From Epiperipatus broadwayi (Eukaryota > Animalia > Onychophora), in contig JAQFVV010000003.1 in the NCBI GenBank assembly GCA_028023455.1, positions 23,994,001 through 24,058,000 of the forward strand: DNA of 64,000 bases, given 5' to 3'. A model generated the notes under the pieces. It was not told where the DNA came from, did no database searches, and worked only from the letters and a program-made list of their open reading frames with translations. Numbering within the stretch: the first letter of the stretch is position 1; each line of letters opens with the position of its first letter. Of this stretch, positions 27,773 through 40,579 are shown one piece after another. The position numbers and the translations under genes are program-made.

Positions 27773-30700
27773 AAAATGTTCAGGGCTATTATGTGGCATC
27801 ATTGAGTGTTTGTCAATTATATGGATCTGTGGATTGTGGACAATCTATAAATATAATTTTAAAAAACTTTTAATAGAATTTGATATAAATGTATGTAAAG
27901 TGAAATTTATTATAGATGTTTTGGAATGGATTGAAACTGCTATTATTGCCATATATGGGGAGTATAAGTATCAAATGAAGAATGGTTGGCCAATGGGTTT
28001 AGTAGTATGTGGTGTTATTTGTAGTTTTTATATTTTAGAAATGGAAAAATATATTGTAGAGCCATTTATAAATGACAATGATAATATTTTGTATATGAGG
28101 TATGTGAATGATGTGCTTGTGTATGGACCAAGAAAATTAATTAAAAATATTTTCCTTAACTTGAATAATAATTCAGGTTTAGTATGGACTATGGAATTTG
28201 AGGATCATAAAGAGTATGTAAATAAAATGGTTATTAAACTATTAAGTGTACGGGAGTTTATACATCCATTGTATTATAAATTAACTGGATTTATATGTTT
28301 TTGAATCATAATTGTGTAAATATGAGATAGAAGGAAAAAGAAATACTGAAGGATATATTAAATATATTAATGATTTAATAAGTGTGACTACAATAAAGTT
28401 TGTTGTATAGACTATTGTATTTATTTTATAATAAGGTTAGGATTAACCAAGATATGGAGGTAAAGAGGAAAACAGAAAAATTGATTTTTTTGGCATATGT
28501 GGTTTCTATAAATATGAAATTAAAGGAAATAATTGGTAAAGATTATAATGTTTATCTTAGATCACCTTTACATTTAAATAGGTTCATAAATAATTCAAAA
28601 GATAATGTGGATGGTGATGATAAATATGGAGTTATATATTCAATTATTTGCCATGCGTCTGGTTGTAATGCTGTTTATTTTGGGAAAACAAAAGTTAACA
28701 TATCAACAAAGTTGTGGCGACATGTTTATCAATATAGAAAATTTTAATTGTAATCTCAGGATAATTCAGTATTTTTTAGTCATGAGAGAATTAATGGGCA
28801 TGAATGTTTTCCTCAAATGATTAGTGTTATTTGCAATGAGCTTAATGATAGGAAGAAGAAGTAGGATTTATTGATGCTAAGACTAATGATGTCATTAATT
28901 AATGTAATATGAGATGTCCGATTGAGCATATCCTGGAATATTAACCATTCAGTTTAAAATAGTCTCCATGAATCTGCTATACAGCACTGAAAGAGCTTGG
29001 TTAATTAGTATTTATTTTAAATTTTTTTACTCTGTGTAATATTTGTATAAATGTTGAATATTTATATTTGGAACAGAGTTTGTGATTTATTTATTTACTA
29101 CATTATAGTATATTATGGATTATTGTTATGACTGGAAGCATGTGGATGCTATGAAGTTATTTAAGGGCATTGTTAAAGTAGAATGGTTACCATTTTTGAA
29201 AAAATGTGTATATTATAAGATATTTCTGAATTATTGTAGAGTTGATATTGATCAATCTATTTATACAAGGAAAGAAGCTATTGTTTTAATGCAAATGACA
29301 TTATTGAAATTTATTATCAAAGGATGTAAAAGACAATTATATGTAAAGGTAACAAGAAGGAAAAAATTGTTGATATTTTATTCCTTGTCAATTGACATTA
29401 TTAGCCACTGTAAAGGATTACAGATTTATGTGCAACATAAATTTGATAATAAATTTAAGTTTTCAGCATGGAAACAAAGTGTAATTGTTTATAATAAAGG
29501 GCAAGAGAATTATGTAAATTTGTCAAATGTAGAAATGTCATAAGAGTTCAAGTCCTTATTGGAATATAGACTGAGGTTTGTTCATGGGGGTTGGAATAAC
29601 CTGAATATGGAAATTATCGTAAATGTGGAGTCAGCCTATGAATTTTTTGTGAAAAAAGAGGATGTAATTAAAAAAGTGACTCTTATTAAAAGATAAGTAT
29701 TGATCTGAAATGAGTTATTGTTGATATAAAACAGTTCATAGGTTTAAACTTATGTTACAAGAAGAAAACATAGGCAATAGATTGGTTTTAATGAGTAAAT
29801 ATATATAATGAAAAGATGAGTAAACAAATTGGTGATTTGAAATTTCAAAAAATTGAAAATTATAATTTAAGTGTATGGAAAGATAAGTTTATTACCAAGG
29901 TTTTGCAGCCATGTGTGGGAAAGTATTTAAGAGGAAAGGGATATTTAAAAATTTATCTCTTGGCAGCAATTATTCCATGAATATTTGCTAATGTTAAGAT
30001 ACATAGAGAGAATGCTCCATTGAGATTAATGATTGACTTTGGTAGCGGTTATTATCAGAAAGCATCTTAGCTGGTTTCAAAAGGGTTGCAAGATTTTATA
30101 AGATTTGGCAGATTTACACAAATCTACATTTGAATTTGTACATGTTTTAGAATCTGGTTAAAATGTTCAGGATTGTTATATGGTCTTATTGGATGTTTGT
30201 GGATCATGGACAATCTATAAATATAATTAAAAAACTTTTATTAGATTGTGATATAGATATATGTAAAGTGAAATTTATTATAGGTGTTTTGGAATGGATT
30301 GATACTGATAATACTGCAAGATATGGGGAGTATTAAGTATCAAATAAAGAATGGTTGGCTAATGTGTTTGGTAGTAAGTGGTGTTATTTGTATTTTGTAT
30401 GCTTGAGAATTGGAAAAATATATTGTAGAGCCATTTATAAATGACAATGATAATATTTTGTGGATGAGATATGTGGATGATGTGTTTGTGTATGGACCAA
30501 GAAAATTGATTGAAAATATTTTCCTTAATTTGAATAATAATTCACGGACTATGGAATTTGAGAATAATATGTCTTTGAATTATTTAGATGTAAATATATG
30601 TAGTGATCATAAAGAGTTTGTGTATAAAATGTTTATTAAACCATTAAATGTAAAGTGTTTTATAGATCCATCATCACAGCTATTGTTATATTATAAATGA

Positions 30701-31375
30701 TCTGGATTTAAATGATTTTTAATCATAATTTATATTTGTGTAAATGTAAGGCAGATAGAAAAAGAAATATTGAAGGATATATGAATGATTTAATGAGAGT
30801 GGGCTACAATAAATTTTGTTGTATAGACAATTATGTTTATAATAAGGTTAGGTTTAAACAAAATATGAAGATAAAGAAGAAAATAATTGGTAAAGATTAT
30901 AATGTTAGTCTTAGATCACCTTTATGTTTAAATAAGTTGATAAAAGATAGGGAGGATGGTGATGATAAATATGAAATTGTATATTCAATTATTTGCCACG
31001 AGTCTGGTTATAATGCTATTTATTATAGGGAAACAGGTTAATTCAGTATTTTTTAATCATGAGAAAATTAGTGGGCATGAATGTTTTGCTCAAATGATTA
31101 GTGCTATTTGCAATGAGCCTAATGATAGGAAGAGGAAGTTAAAAGAGGCTCAGATTATTGCTAAGTCTAATGGTGTCATTAATCAACATAATATGAGTGT
31201 TATATTGAGCATGCACTGGAACATTGACTATTCAGTTTAAATCAGTCACCATGAATCTGGTATACAGTACCATAAAAGGTTGTTGAATTAGTAGTTTTTT
31301 TAATTTTTTTTACTTTGTGTAATAGTGTTGAATATTTACATATGGAACAGTGTTTGTGATTTATAATGTGTTTAT
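27773..31375 (+). mobile_element. Decayed Penelope-like retroelement partial tandem; right arm of the palindrome
   Basis: Motifs YQMKNGWPMG, MRYVDD, LNYLDV and GVIYSIICHASGCNAVYFGKT. The pLTR-like repeat at ~28920-29100 matches ~31205-31375. Confidence 0.9.
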
Positions 31376-32517
31376 AGAAATCTCAAAATGCAAATGTAAA
31401 AAAAAAATGGCATAAGTAGTCCTCAACTTATGTAAGTTATTCTATATAAGTTGGATTTCATCATTACTTTATGATGTAGGAGATACAAATATTTTTAGTA
31501 AAAAAAAATAAGACTAAAATATATCACAAGAAATGTTATCTCATTATGTCATAAGTTATACCTGAAGATTGGGTTAACATCGCATTTTGAATGTTTTATA
31601 TTTCATATTGTCAGAATTTATATATTCAAAGTTTAATTTATAAAAAATAGAAGATTATTTGTATTTATAGTCTTTCTGAAAAGATTTGTAAGAATAGGAG
31701 TAAATCTTTGGAAAATTTAAACAGGGGAGTATATACATGTGATGTTTTCCATTATGCTTTATTCTACAAAGGAAAAAATATTATTAAAAAGGATTAGCTT
31801 TATATTTAAAAATTGCTTTTTAAAATTTTAGTACTATTAAGAATGAAAAAGTAACATGCATTTCATAAAAGAAAGCTTTTATGTAATTGTTTGTTAAATG
31901 ATCTCCAGCAAGGGGTTTGAATAAAAATCACTCTAATCAATGATTGTTTGCAGCTATTTTCTTTTTATTAAACTCTTTAGAAATTATCGGGAATTTGTAG
32001 AAAAGAAATCTAAAAAATCCTTTGACAATGAAAATGTGATCAAATAATAAAAAATAATATGCTATTTATTACTAATGGGGAGATATCACATTCCTATGAT
32101 CATTAGCACATTATGATTTACCAACGATAGTTGTTTGTTTTTACTTAAGTTTTATGTGGTGTTTTTCTGAACAGCAGATTTATTGATTTCTCCATCATTA
32201 TTAGTTGTAGAATACTATCAGTAATCTAGTGTTAACAACAACAACAACAACAAAAAAAACCCTGGAATATCACATTTTTAATAACCATGATTTTTTTTTT
32301 TTTTTGAATCTCTGCTAATATTATTCTCATATGTGATATCAATTTTTTCACTTTATTTATTATTAAAAAATTAAATTGCTAGTTCAAGTATTTTAAGAGT
32401 TATTTACAATGATCAAATCTATTATATTTTGTTTTTGCTCCAGATATAGATATTAATATCGTACTTTACCCACGGAAATCGATAACAAATGCATGCCTAA
32501 CCATGTTTCATTTTGTT

Positions 32518-33510
32518 GATGTGATGTGATACACTGTAACTTCTCCTTAAATAAACAGAAATCTCTCAACAACTATGCCCAGAGAAACCTGTTAGCCACT
32601 TTACATTCCCTTTCCATTCCCCACCCTAAGTTTTCCCATAATCTGCTCCATCCCATTTTCACAACATAATCTTTGTCAACTCTATGGTCTTTATATTTAA
32701 ATCCCCCTTATCTTTTCCCAAATCCAGCATAAGAACGGATAACCCACTTTCTATATAATCACTTTGTTCATATTTATTTTTCCATAACTTCATTATTTGT
32801 ACCCTTTCTGCTTCCAAGCATTGACATTCAATTAACAATGCCTAATATTTTCTATGCCTTCCTTACACAATTTTCAGACTAAATCACCCATATTTTTTTC
32901 CATTTACATATATATTCTCTTGTTGCTAAAGATCCCATTCGAGTCTTAAACAACAAACTACTTTCCTTGCTATTATCTTAAATTAACTCGCGCCCAATGT
33001 TCTGTTTATTTCTATATATATTTAAACTCTTTTTATTCTCCATACTAGTTCTCCGTCTCTCCAATTCCTTATTCTTTATTAATGCGTCTATTCTTTTATT
33101 CCATTTCTTACCACTATAACACCCAACAATCCTCCTAACACAATCATCCCACCTTTTATATAAATATACTGATATAAATTCTTTATCCAAATCTTTTGCA
33201 TACTGCATTACCTTTCTCACCCATCTTGTTGCCTGCCCTTTACTCATAACCCAATTAAAAACTATTTTAGCTATTCTTTTATTATCCATAAACTGCAACC
33301 TACCAAACATTTTCATTTTAATTTTTGCATCTCTTATATAAAAACTTGATCTTCCCAGTTCTTCTTGAATTGCCTCCCTTGCGTTCCACACAGCTTCCCT
33401 TTGTACTTTTTTTAAATGATATAATACCCCTTTAATAACACATAATGCATCATTACCATATGCTACTGCAACTTCTTCCATACAAATCTAGCTACATCAT
33501 ATTCTACAAT
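32518..33510 (-). mobile_element. 5'-truncated decayed LINE of the same family as 57801-62055
   Basis: ORF 32978-33481 aligns to translated 61080-61560. The 3' end gtggctaacaggtttctctggg...(CATCA)n is shared. Confidence 0.85.
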
Positions 33511-35628
33511 ATTTGATGTCAATGCCATCTGCAGATAATAATGTAAAACATATATGTATATATTTTTAAAAAAAAACTGAAATGATTTATCACTTTGGAG
33601 TTCATAAGAAATTCGAACATAAGCAAGTATCAAAGCTGGAATCGCAATTGATGTACCTTAATCTCCAGTCAACTACTGCACTACTGCATCCAACCACACA
33701 GGGCAATAGGCAAATGACAGTATTTGTTTTATACTTGAAGTCAATGTATAGTAAGTAATTCCTTATTAGTGTTTCCATTTATAGGTTAATAAAATTGATA
33801 TTAAAATAATGACACTTTTATAAAAAGGAGGCAATCAAAGCCAATCCAAGAAAAAGCTGGACCTAGAACAATATTTTCGTGTGGGGAGGGGGGGATAGAT
33901 TACAATGATAAAAAATACTTAGATATTTTTTAAAAAATATCTTATTTGCAAATGTATAAATGAAAAAAAATAAATAAATAAAAAAATAAAAAAAATATTA
34001 TAATTGAAAAAAATGTATATATTTTGAATTCGCTTAAATAAAAAAAGCATTAAAGAAAGTAAAATATAATTTCTTACGTTATATGTACTTTCTTTAGTTT
34101 GCTCAAATATTAACATAAAATTGCATAAATTAATACTTATAATGTATAAATACTTATTCATTATTTATGCTATTTTATTGAATCAATATTCAAGAAACAA
34201 AATAAAATACTGTACATGTAATGTAATATATGTACATTATTTCCTTGAATGTTTTATTAGGAATCCTTATTGACATCATATTAATGTAATTTTTTTGCGA
34301 ATTATAAATTAATAGATAAAATTGCTAACATCACTAGAAAGTACCTGGCAAAATATTTAAGTATACGCGTTGTAAGTAACTCAAAAACATATACCATCAT
34401 ACGCGATAGTCATTGTGTAGGTCAAATTAGAAAGTTTTGGCAAAAAACAAAACATGTAGCAAGTGATACATTTTATTTTTTGATTTTCGTAAAAAATATA
34501 GATCATGCAGGCGAAAGGCCAAGTGTGGGGGCCTTGTGCGATCGCACCCCTCTGGAAATAATGTTGAATCCATTGCATTAAGTAGATATAATTGTCTGCT
34601 GTGGTTTTCTTTTCAATTCTTGTTATAATATTTCATATAATTAAAAATTGTTTTTATTAATTGCTAATATAATTTTTTTTTCTAGAATATGTTTTATATA
34701 TGTCTTTAGACTGTTAGAGATAAATTCATTTTGAAAAAATGATTGCTTGTTCTAAAAGAGAAACAATAGACAAAACAATTTATTTTAGAAATGACCTATC
34801 TTTCTGTGGTGAATTAAAGCATTATTAGTTTTCTTCCTAAGGAGAGATCAAATCTTTTTTAAAATTCATGTTAGTAAATTCATTAAAAGACAGCTTTTTA
34901 AGGTTTTCATCTAACAAATTTTAAGAAAGTAAGTTTCAAAAATATTAGTAATTATGAAGGAGGAATGAAATCTTTTTACAGTTGATTATATATTTTTAAA
35001 ATTTAAACCTGAACGATAATTACTGTTATTAGTGGCTGAAGGATCTGGTTCTCATTACCAATCTCAGTGGATTAGAGGTTATCAAAGGAACAATTAATTA
35101 TTCATTAAAAGCGAAAAATTGTGGAATTTATTATTTTTTCTTAACTGAATGCCAATAATTGGAATGAAAAGTGTATTTTTAGTTTTGACCTATTATCACC
35201 AAGTAAAATTTATCAGAACATATAAAACTTGTAATGTATAACGTTATTAAAATCGATTGTAAAAGGCTTTAAAAAAAGATAAGTATAATGTGAAATTTTC
35301 ATAAGTTTTATATATTTTGTAAGTATTTTGACATTATTTACCATATAAAAATAGTCGGAAGTGTTTGTTTGGTAATTTGTTAAAAATATTTATTATGAAT
35401 TCGTAAAATAAACAAGATTATAAATGAAAAAGTATTTATGAATTTAAAAACTGAATTGCATTTGGAAAGAAAATTGAATAGTTGGATTTTAAAATTTTGC
35501 TTTTGTTTTTTGAACTACTGCAAGTAGAATATTTTATTGTCTGCCAAATTTATTGTATGGAAATAATATATGGACCCAATAATGCAGTATAAAGGCACTG
35601 AAAAAATTCATTTAAGAATATTCCATAA

Positions 35629-35902
35629 TTAAAATAGGCAAAATTCTCCATATAGTAATGCCATTCAGTGCAAGTCAGAGTAATCAATGGATGCCAGAAG
35701 GCTTGTGCATAAAATCCCTATCTAGTGAGAAGCCTTGGATCTGAGAGCACTGCACCTAGATCTTAGGATGAGTAGACACTAGATAGGGATTTTATGCGCA
35801 AACCTTCTGGCATCTATTGATTACTCTGACTTGCACTAAGTGGCACTACTGTATGGAGAGTTTTGCCTATTTTAATAACAGTTATGAGCAGGCATAAGAA
35901 AT
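35629..35902. mobile_element. RZ family fold-back with the hammerhead core deleted
   Basis: 35629-35770 and 35766-35902 are opposite-orientation RZ segments. The sequence jumps ctatctagtg|agaagccttgg across the core. Confidence 0.85.
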
Positions 35903-36135
35903 ATAACAGTAAGATTATAAGATCAATCAGTATATCTTCAGTTTTATGTGTGTAAAGAAATTGAATCTATATTTGTAAAGGCACATCTTCATTGAACTTA
36001 TGAATCAACTAAAAAGATTTCCTGAAAAAAATATTTTGTAGAAAACTTGAGCATGGTTTTAGTCTAAATATTGAATAATTTACATTATAAAGATTATCTT
36101 AAATATAATCTAAAAAGATATGATTGTGACTGAAA

Positions 36136-36395
36136 GGGCTTCATGGCATAGTGGGTAATGTATTTCTCCCATGCCTATAACCTGGTTTAAAGTCTGGCAT
36201 GGGTTAACTTCAAAATTTTTTAGATTTCATACAAGCTTGGGATTTTTCTTTCAAATAAATGGCATATAGTAATCTCAGCTAGCCACCCAGTTGCGGTTGG
36301 ATTGGCCAGATAAATAACAGCACACAACTATAAAAATAATGAATGAGAGTGGTCTAGAGATATCACACTCTTATGAGCACTGAGCCTATTATTAT
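36136..36395 (+). mobile_element. tRNA-derived SINE, decayed
   Basis: A-box-like TGGCATAGTGG, degenerate B-box ggtttaaagtc, and a 3' end gcactgagcc followed by (tat)n. Confidence 0.55.
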
Positions 36396-36969
36396 CTTTA
36401 CTTTTTTTTAATATTCATTATTTTTACTGAGAAATTGTAACTAAGATTAGAATATAAAAGTGGCATACATTAAATGAATATTGAATTCTTTAAAAAGAAA
36501 ATTTAAAAAACAGAATAATCACAGGGTGTCAAAAAAATAAACTAAAAAACTATTTTAGGATATATTTGTGTGTTTATGATATTCTGTATTGTTATCACAT
36601 ATTCTCTATAACAAAAATTTGTCTTTTCCTTCCCGAAATCATAATGATCATATTTACTTACATTTGATTAATAATTATTCAAACTAAAGTCAATCTCTGA
36701 TAATGAGCTATTTCTTAAATATTATAAATGTCCACACACTCGCCCACTGGTAAGAGTTTAAAAAACTTAAGTGAATCACTTAATTTTATAGTGTACATTC
36801 TATATACACCAACTTTTACAGATCATGCTTAAATCAGGGCTTGAGTCCATTGTGTGCCTGGTGTTATAATCAAATATCCAATTGTACAAATCTATTTAAC
36901 CCATCGCAGGAGAAAAGCAGTGTCTCATTTTTAACTACCTACAATTAGACAAACATGATTTATAAATGT

Positions 36970-37114
36970 AAATCTATTATTATAAAGTGCTGAAAACTTT
37001 GAAATTATTTAAACAGAAGTCAATATTTATAATATTTAAGAAATAGCATATTATCGGAGATTGACTTCTGTTTGAATAACTTCAAAGTTTTCAGCATTTT
37101 ATAATGATAGATTT
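36970..37114. repeat. Fold-back element, ~55-bp arms
   Basis: 36970-37024 is the reverse complement of 37060-37114. Confidence 0.9.
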
Positions 37115-37295
37115 GATTAATAATGAAAATAATGAGTAATGATATTAATTTTTATAACTGTTAAGTGTAATAACATTATGTGAAATTTAGTACAGTAGTA
37201 GATTAATGAATTTATTTTTCTGGATCTAAACTTGATGCTCACACCTGGTGTTCAACTAACATGATCTTATGATCAACTAATCATCATCATCATCA

Positions 37296-40253
37296 TCAAC
37301 CATTATCAATCCACTGCAGGATGAAGGTCTCTCCAAGTTTAATCCATCTTCTCCGATCTTTAGCTTCTCTTCTCCACAACACCCCTGCACATTTTCTTAT
37401 TTCATCCATCCATCTCACATGTGGTCTTTTTCTGGGTCTTTTACAATCTCTTGTAATCCAGTTTAAAATTTCAATTGTCCATCTATTATCATCTCTTCTA
37501 GCAATATGTCCAGCCCAACTCCACTTCAGTCTTATAATTTTTTCAATGAGGTCAGTAATACCTGTTTGTTGTCTTACCCATACATTGCGTTTTCGATCTC
37601 TTCTTGTTACTCCCAACATACATCTCTCCATACTCCTTTGAGTGGTCTGAAGTCTCTGTATTGCTCTTCTATTAAGTGTCCAAGTCTCAGATCCATATGT
37701 AAGAACTGGTAAAACACATTTGTTAAAAACCATCCTTTTCAAACACATAGGCATATTTCCTTTTAGTATCAAGTTATTTCTACCAAAAGCACTCCAACCA
37801 AGTTTAATTCTATGATTAATTTCCTCCAGTATGTTTCCATCTGTATTAATAATCTGACCAAGGTATTTGTAACTGTTAACTTCTTCTAATTCTTCATAAT
37901 CAATCTTTATTTTCATATTTTGAGCAAATCGATTAAACATTACTTTAGTCTTTTTAACATTTATCTTTAGTCCTACTTTTCTACTTTCATCTGCTAACTC
38001 CTGCAACATTTCCTGCAGCTCTGAAGCATTATTTGCAAAAACAACTACATCATCTGTGAAATCTAAATGACTTAAATACTCTCCATTTACTTTCACTCCT
38101 TTAGTTTCCCATTTTAATCCATAAAATACTTCTTGCAGCACTGCTGTAAAAAGTTTTGGAGATATGGAGTCACCTTGTCTTACACCTTTCTCAATGTTGA
38201 TTTTTCCAGTATCATTATGTAATCTAATTGTTGCTGTTGCATTTTTATAAATATTCTTTAAAATATGACAATATCCTGGATCTATACCTTGATGATCCAA
38301 TGCTTTAATCACTGAAGAAATGTGTATAGAATCGAATGCTTTTTCATAATCTACAAATCCAAAACATAATGACAACTCATATTCATTTGTCCTTTCTATG
38401 ACTTCTCTCAATACCTGGATATGATCTATTGTACTAAAACCACTTTTAAATCCAGCTTGTTCTCTTGGTTGGTGGAAATCCAAAGTTCTCTGTAGACGAG
38501 TTGTAATTATCTTGGTAAAAATTTTATATAAAACTGATAAAAGGCTGATAGGTCTGTAATTTCTAATATCTTCTTTATCACCTTTTTTAAATATTAATAT
38601 TATTACTGCATTCTTCCAATCTTCCGGTACATCTTTATCATTTAGACATTTGGTATATAACTTTGCTAAAATTGTTTCTATTTCTTCACCTGCTTCTTTT
38701 AATATATCAATTATAATTCCATCATTTCCTGGAGCCTTTCCTTTCTTCATACATTTAATTGCATGTCTCACTTCTTCATTTAAAATTCTGGGCAATTCGG
38801 AAGATGTAATAGATATAGGAGGTACTTGTTCTTTATTACTATATAATTCTTGATAAAAATCTTCTACCAATTTCATGATGTCATCTCTCGTTTTAGTAAT
38901 AATTCCATCTTTTTTTCTAATTGCAGATATAAATTTCCTACCAATACCAAAATGTTGTTTAACATTCTTGAGACTTTTATTTTCTTCTACAGCTTTCCTT
39001 GCTATTTCACAGTTATACTTTCTTATATCATTTTCAACTCTTTTCCGTACCATTTTACAAAATTCGAGATATTCAATTCTTTTTAATACATCATTTTTAT
39101 ATATCTTCATATTCCTTCTTTTCTTCATAAATTCTCTAGTCTCAGTAGAAATTTTATTAGTCAATTGCTGCTTTTTTCTACCAGCTATCTTTGTTGCAGT
39201 TTTTAAAAGTGTATCAGTTATTTTCATATTAATTTCATTCAAATCTGAATCATGTTCAAAATCTCCTAACACTTGAAACCTATTGGTAAGTTCTAATTTA
39301 AATTCATTAGAATATTTCTGAAGATTAGGAATATCAACTGTAAATATTGTTTTTCTTAATAATTTTTGTCTCTCTAGTTTTACATTAACACGTAACTTAC
39401 ACCTTACTAATCGATGATCACTTCCTGTGTTAAATTTATTAAGAACATTACAATCTTGAAATATGTATTTCCTGTTAGTCAAAATATAATCCAATTCTGC
39501 TGTACCTTCATTTGGATGCTTCCATGTCCATTTCCTTTTAATATTTTTCTCAAAAAAAGAATTCATAATATAAAGTTTTTCTTTTTCTGCAAACTCCACA
39601 AGTCTATGTCCTCTCTCATTTCTATTACCATAACCAAAATTACCTACAGCAATTTCATCTTTCATTTGTCTACCAATTCTAGCATTAAAGTCTCCCATAA
39701 CAATTTTAAAATGTTGTTTACTCTGATCAAAAGCCTTTTGTACATCCATATAAAAATCTTCTACTACTTCATCACTATGAGAACTTGTTGGGGCATAAAC
39801 CTGAATTATCTGCATTTGGTATCTGCTATTAAGTTGTATAACTAATCTTGCCACTCTGTCCGATACACCATCAATCTCCACAATATTGTTCTTCCACTTT
39901 TTATTTATAATGAATCCTACTCCACTTGTATTTCCAATATGTGTGCCTTTATAATAGAGTATATGTCCACTTTTTAAATCAATTGTTTCTTCACCTTTTC
40001 TTCTAACTTCACAAAGTCCAATAATGTCCCATTTAATATAAGACAGTTCTTCTTCTAATTCTTGCAATCTTCCTTCACTTGAAAGTGATCTGCAGTTGTA
40101 AGTACCTAAATAAAAAGTCATCATCAAATGGCAGCCTGGGTCTGCAATCAGGGGATTCTTAGCACCCTCCGCCTTCGGCCACCAACCGCTGCCTTGGTTG
40201 GTGACTTTACAGCCTCCTGGGAATAAGGGCCATGCTTTATTTTTGTCTGTCAT
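37296..40253 (-). CDS. RTE LINE ORF: apurinic-like endonuclease + reverse transcriptase (985 aa)
   Basis: APE motifs TYNCRSL, GLCEVR, VYAPTS, GDFNAR, LDYIL and GSDH. RT motifs YRPISLL, QAGFK, DYEKAFD, GVRQGD, FTDD and YKYLG. RTE-type C-terminus KWSWAGHIAR. Confidence 0.97.
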   Translation of the reverse strand: MTDKNKAWPLFPGGCKVTNQGSGWWPKAEGAKNPLIADPGCHLMMTFYLGTYNCRSLSSEGRLQELEEELSYIKWDIIGLCEVRRKGEETIDLKSGHILYYKGTHIGNTSGVGFIINKKWKNNIVEIDGVSDRVARLVIQLNSRYQMQIIQVYAPTSSHSDEVVEDFYMDVQKAFDQSKQHFKIVMGDFNARIGRQMKDEIAVGNFGYGNRNERGHRLVEFAEKEKLYIMNSFFEKNIKRKWTWKHPNEGTAELDYILTNRKYIFQDCNVLNKFNTGSDHRLVRCKLRVNVKLERQKLLRKTIFTVDIPNLQKYSNEFKLELTNRFQVLGDFEHDSDLNEINMKITDTLLKTATKIAGRKKQQLTNKISTETREFMKKRRNMKIYKNDVLKRIEYLEFCKMVRKRVENDIRKYNCEIARKAVEENKSLKNVKQHFGIGRKFISAIRKKDGIITKTRDDIMKLVEDFYQELYSNKEQVPPISITSSELPRILNEEVRHAIKCMKKGKAPGNDGIIIDILKEAGEEIETILAKLYTKCLNDKDVPEDWKNAVIILIFKKGDKEDIRNYRPISLLSVLYKIFTKIITTRLQRTLDFHQPREQAGFKSGFSTIDHIQVLREVIERTNEYELSLCFGFVDYEKAFDSIHISSVIKALDHQGIDPGYCHILKNIYKNATATIRLHNDTGKINIEKGVRQGDSISPKLFTAVLQEVFYGLKWETKGVKVNGEYLSHLDFTDDVVVFANNASELQEMLQELADESRKVGLKINVKKTKVMFNRFAQNMKIKIDYEELEEVNSYKYLGQIINTDGNILEEINHRIKLGWSAFGRNNLILKGNMPMCLKRMVFNKCVLPVLTYGSETWTLNRRAIQRLQTTQRSMERCMLGVTRRDRKRNVWVRQQTGITDLIEKIIRLKWSWAGHIARRDDNRWTIEILNWITRDCKRPRKRPHVRWMDEIRKCAGVLWRREAKDRRRWIKLGETFILQWIDNG

Positions 40254-40416
40254 AATTGTATATATGTATTGGAAAAATATTTATCATTTACACAAACATT
40301 CATTCTGCCTTATCAGGCACTGAGAAGAAAGACCATGGTGTTTCTTGATCTTAAACTCAGAGGTAAAAAGTCAATAAAGTCACCACGCTGGCTAATGCAT
40401 GTTGGTGAGCAGCTTA

Positions 40417-40579
40417 TCCATGTTCGTATACTATATAAATAATCACATAGTAATAACAGCTGCAACGACAAGAACGTATGGAGTGGACATTAGGAATTTG
40501 CACTGCTCGGTTCCTTTAAGGCCTCCAAGAGGAATCAAAGGGTCTCCTCTCAGTTAATAGCAAACTCCTTTCTGCAGCC
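40417..40579 (-). ncRNA. HDV-like self-cleaving ribozyme at the RTE 5' end
   Basis: P1 GGCUGCA/UGCAGCU with a G1-U wobble. P2 UCCAU/AUGGA. P3 ACG/CGU with L3 UUCUUGU. P4 UACUAUGUG/UAUAUAGUA. J4/2 UA-C-GAA-C. Structured J1/2. G1 abuts the TSD. Confidence 0.85.

Larger units (their letters stand above)
37282..40579 (-). mobile_element. Full-length RTE-clade non-LTR retrotransposon with a 10-bp TSD
   Basis: TSD ATCAACTAAT at 37272-37281 and 40580-40589. (TGA)n 3' tail. Single APE-RT ORF with a ~330-nt 5' UTR. Confidence 0.97.

Noticed and set aside
28930-29010. Hammerhead in the Penelope family-1 pLTR (cactgaaagagc...aattagta)
   Set aside because: There is no GAAA, no stem I pairing, and the motif is not conserved in the other pLTR copies.
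37321-39845. Several plus-strand ORFs (also 13003-13508 and 19536-19809)
   Set aside because: They are antisense shadows of RTE coding sequence.
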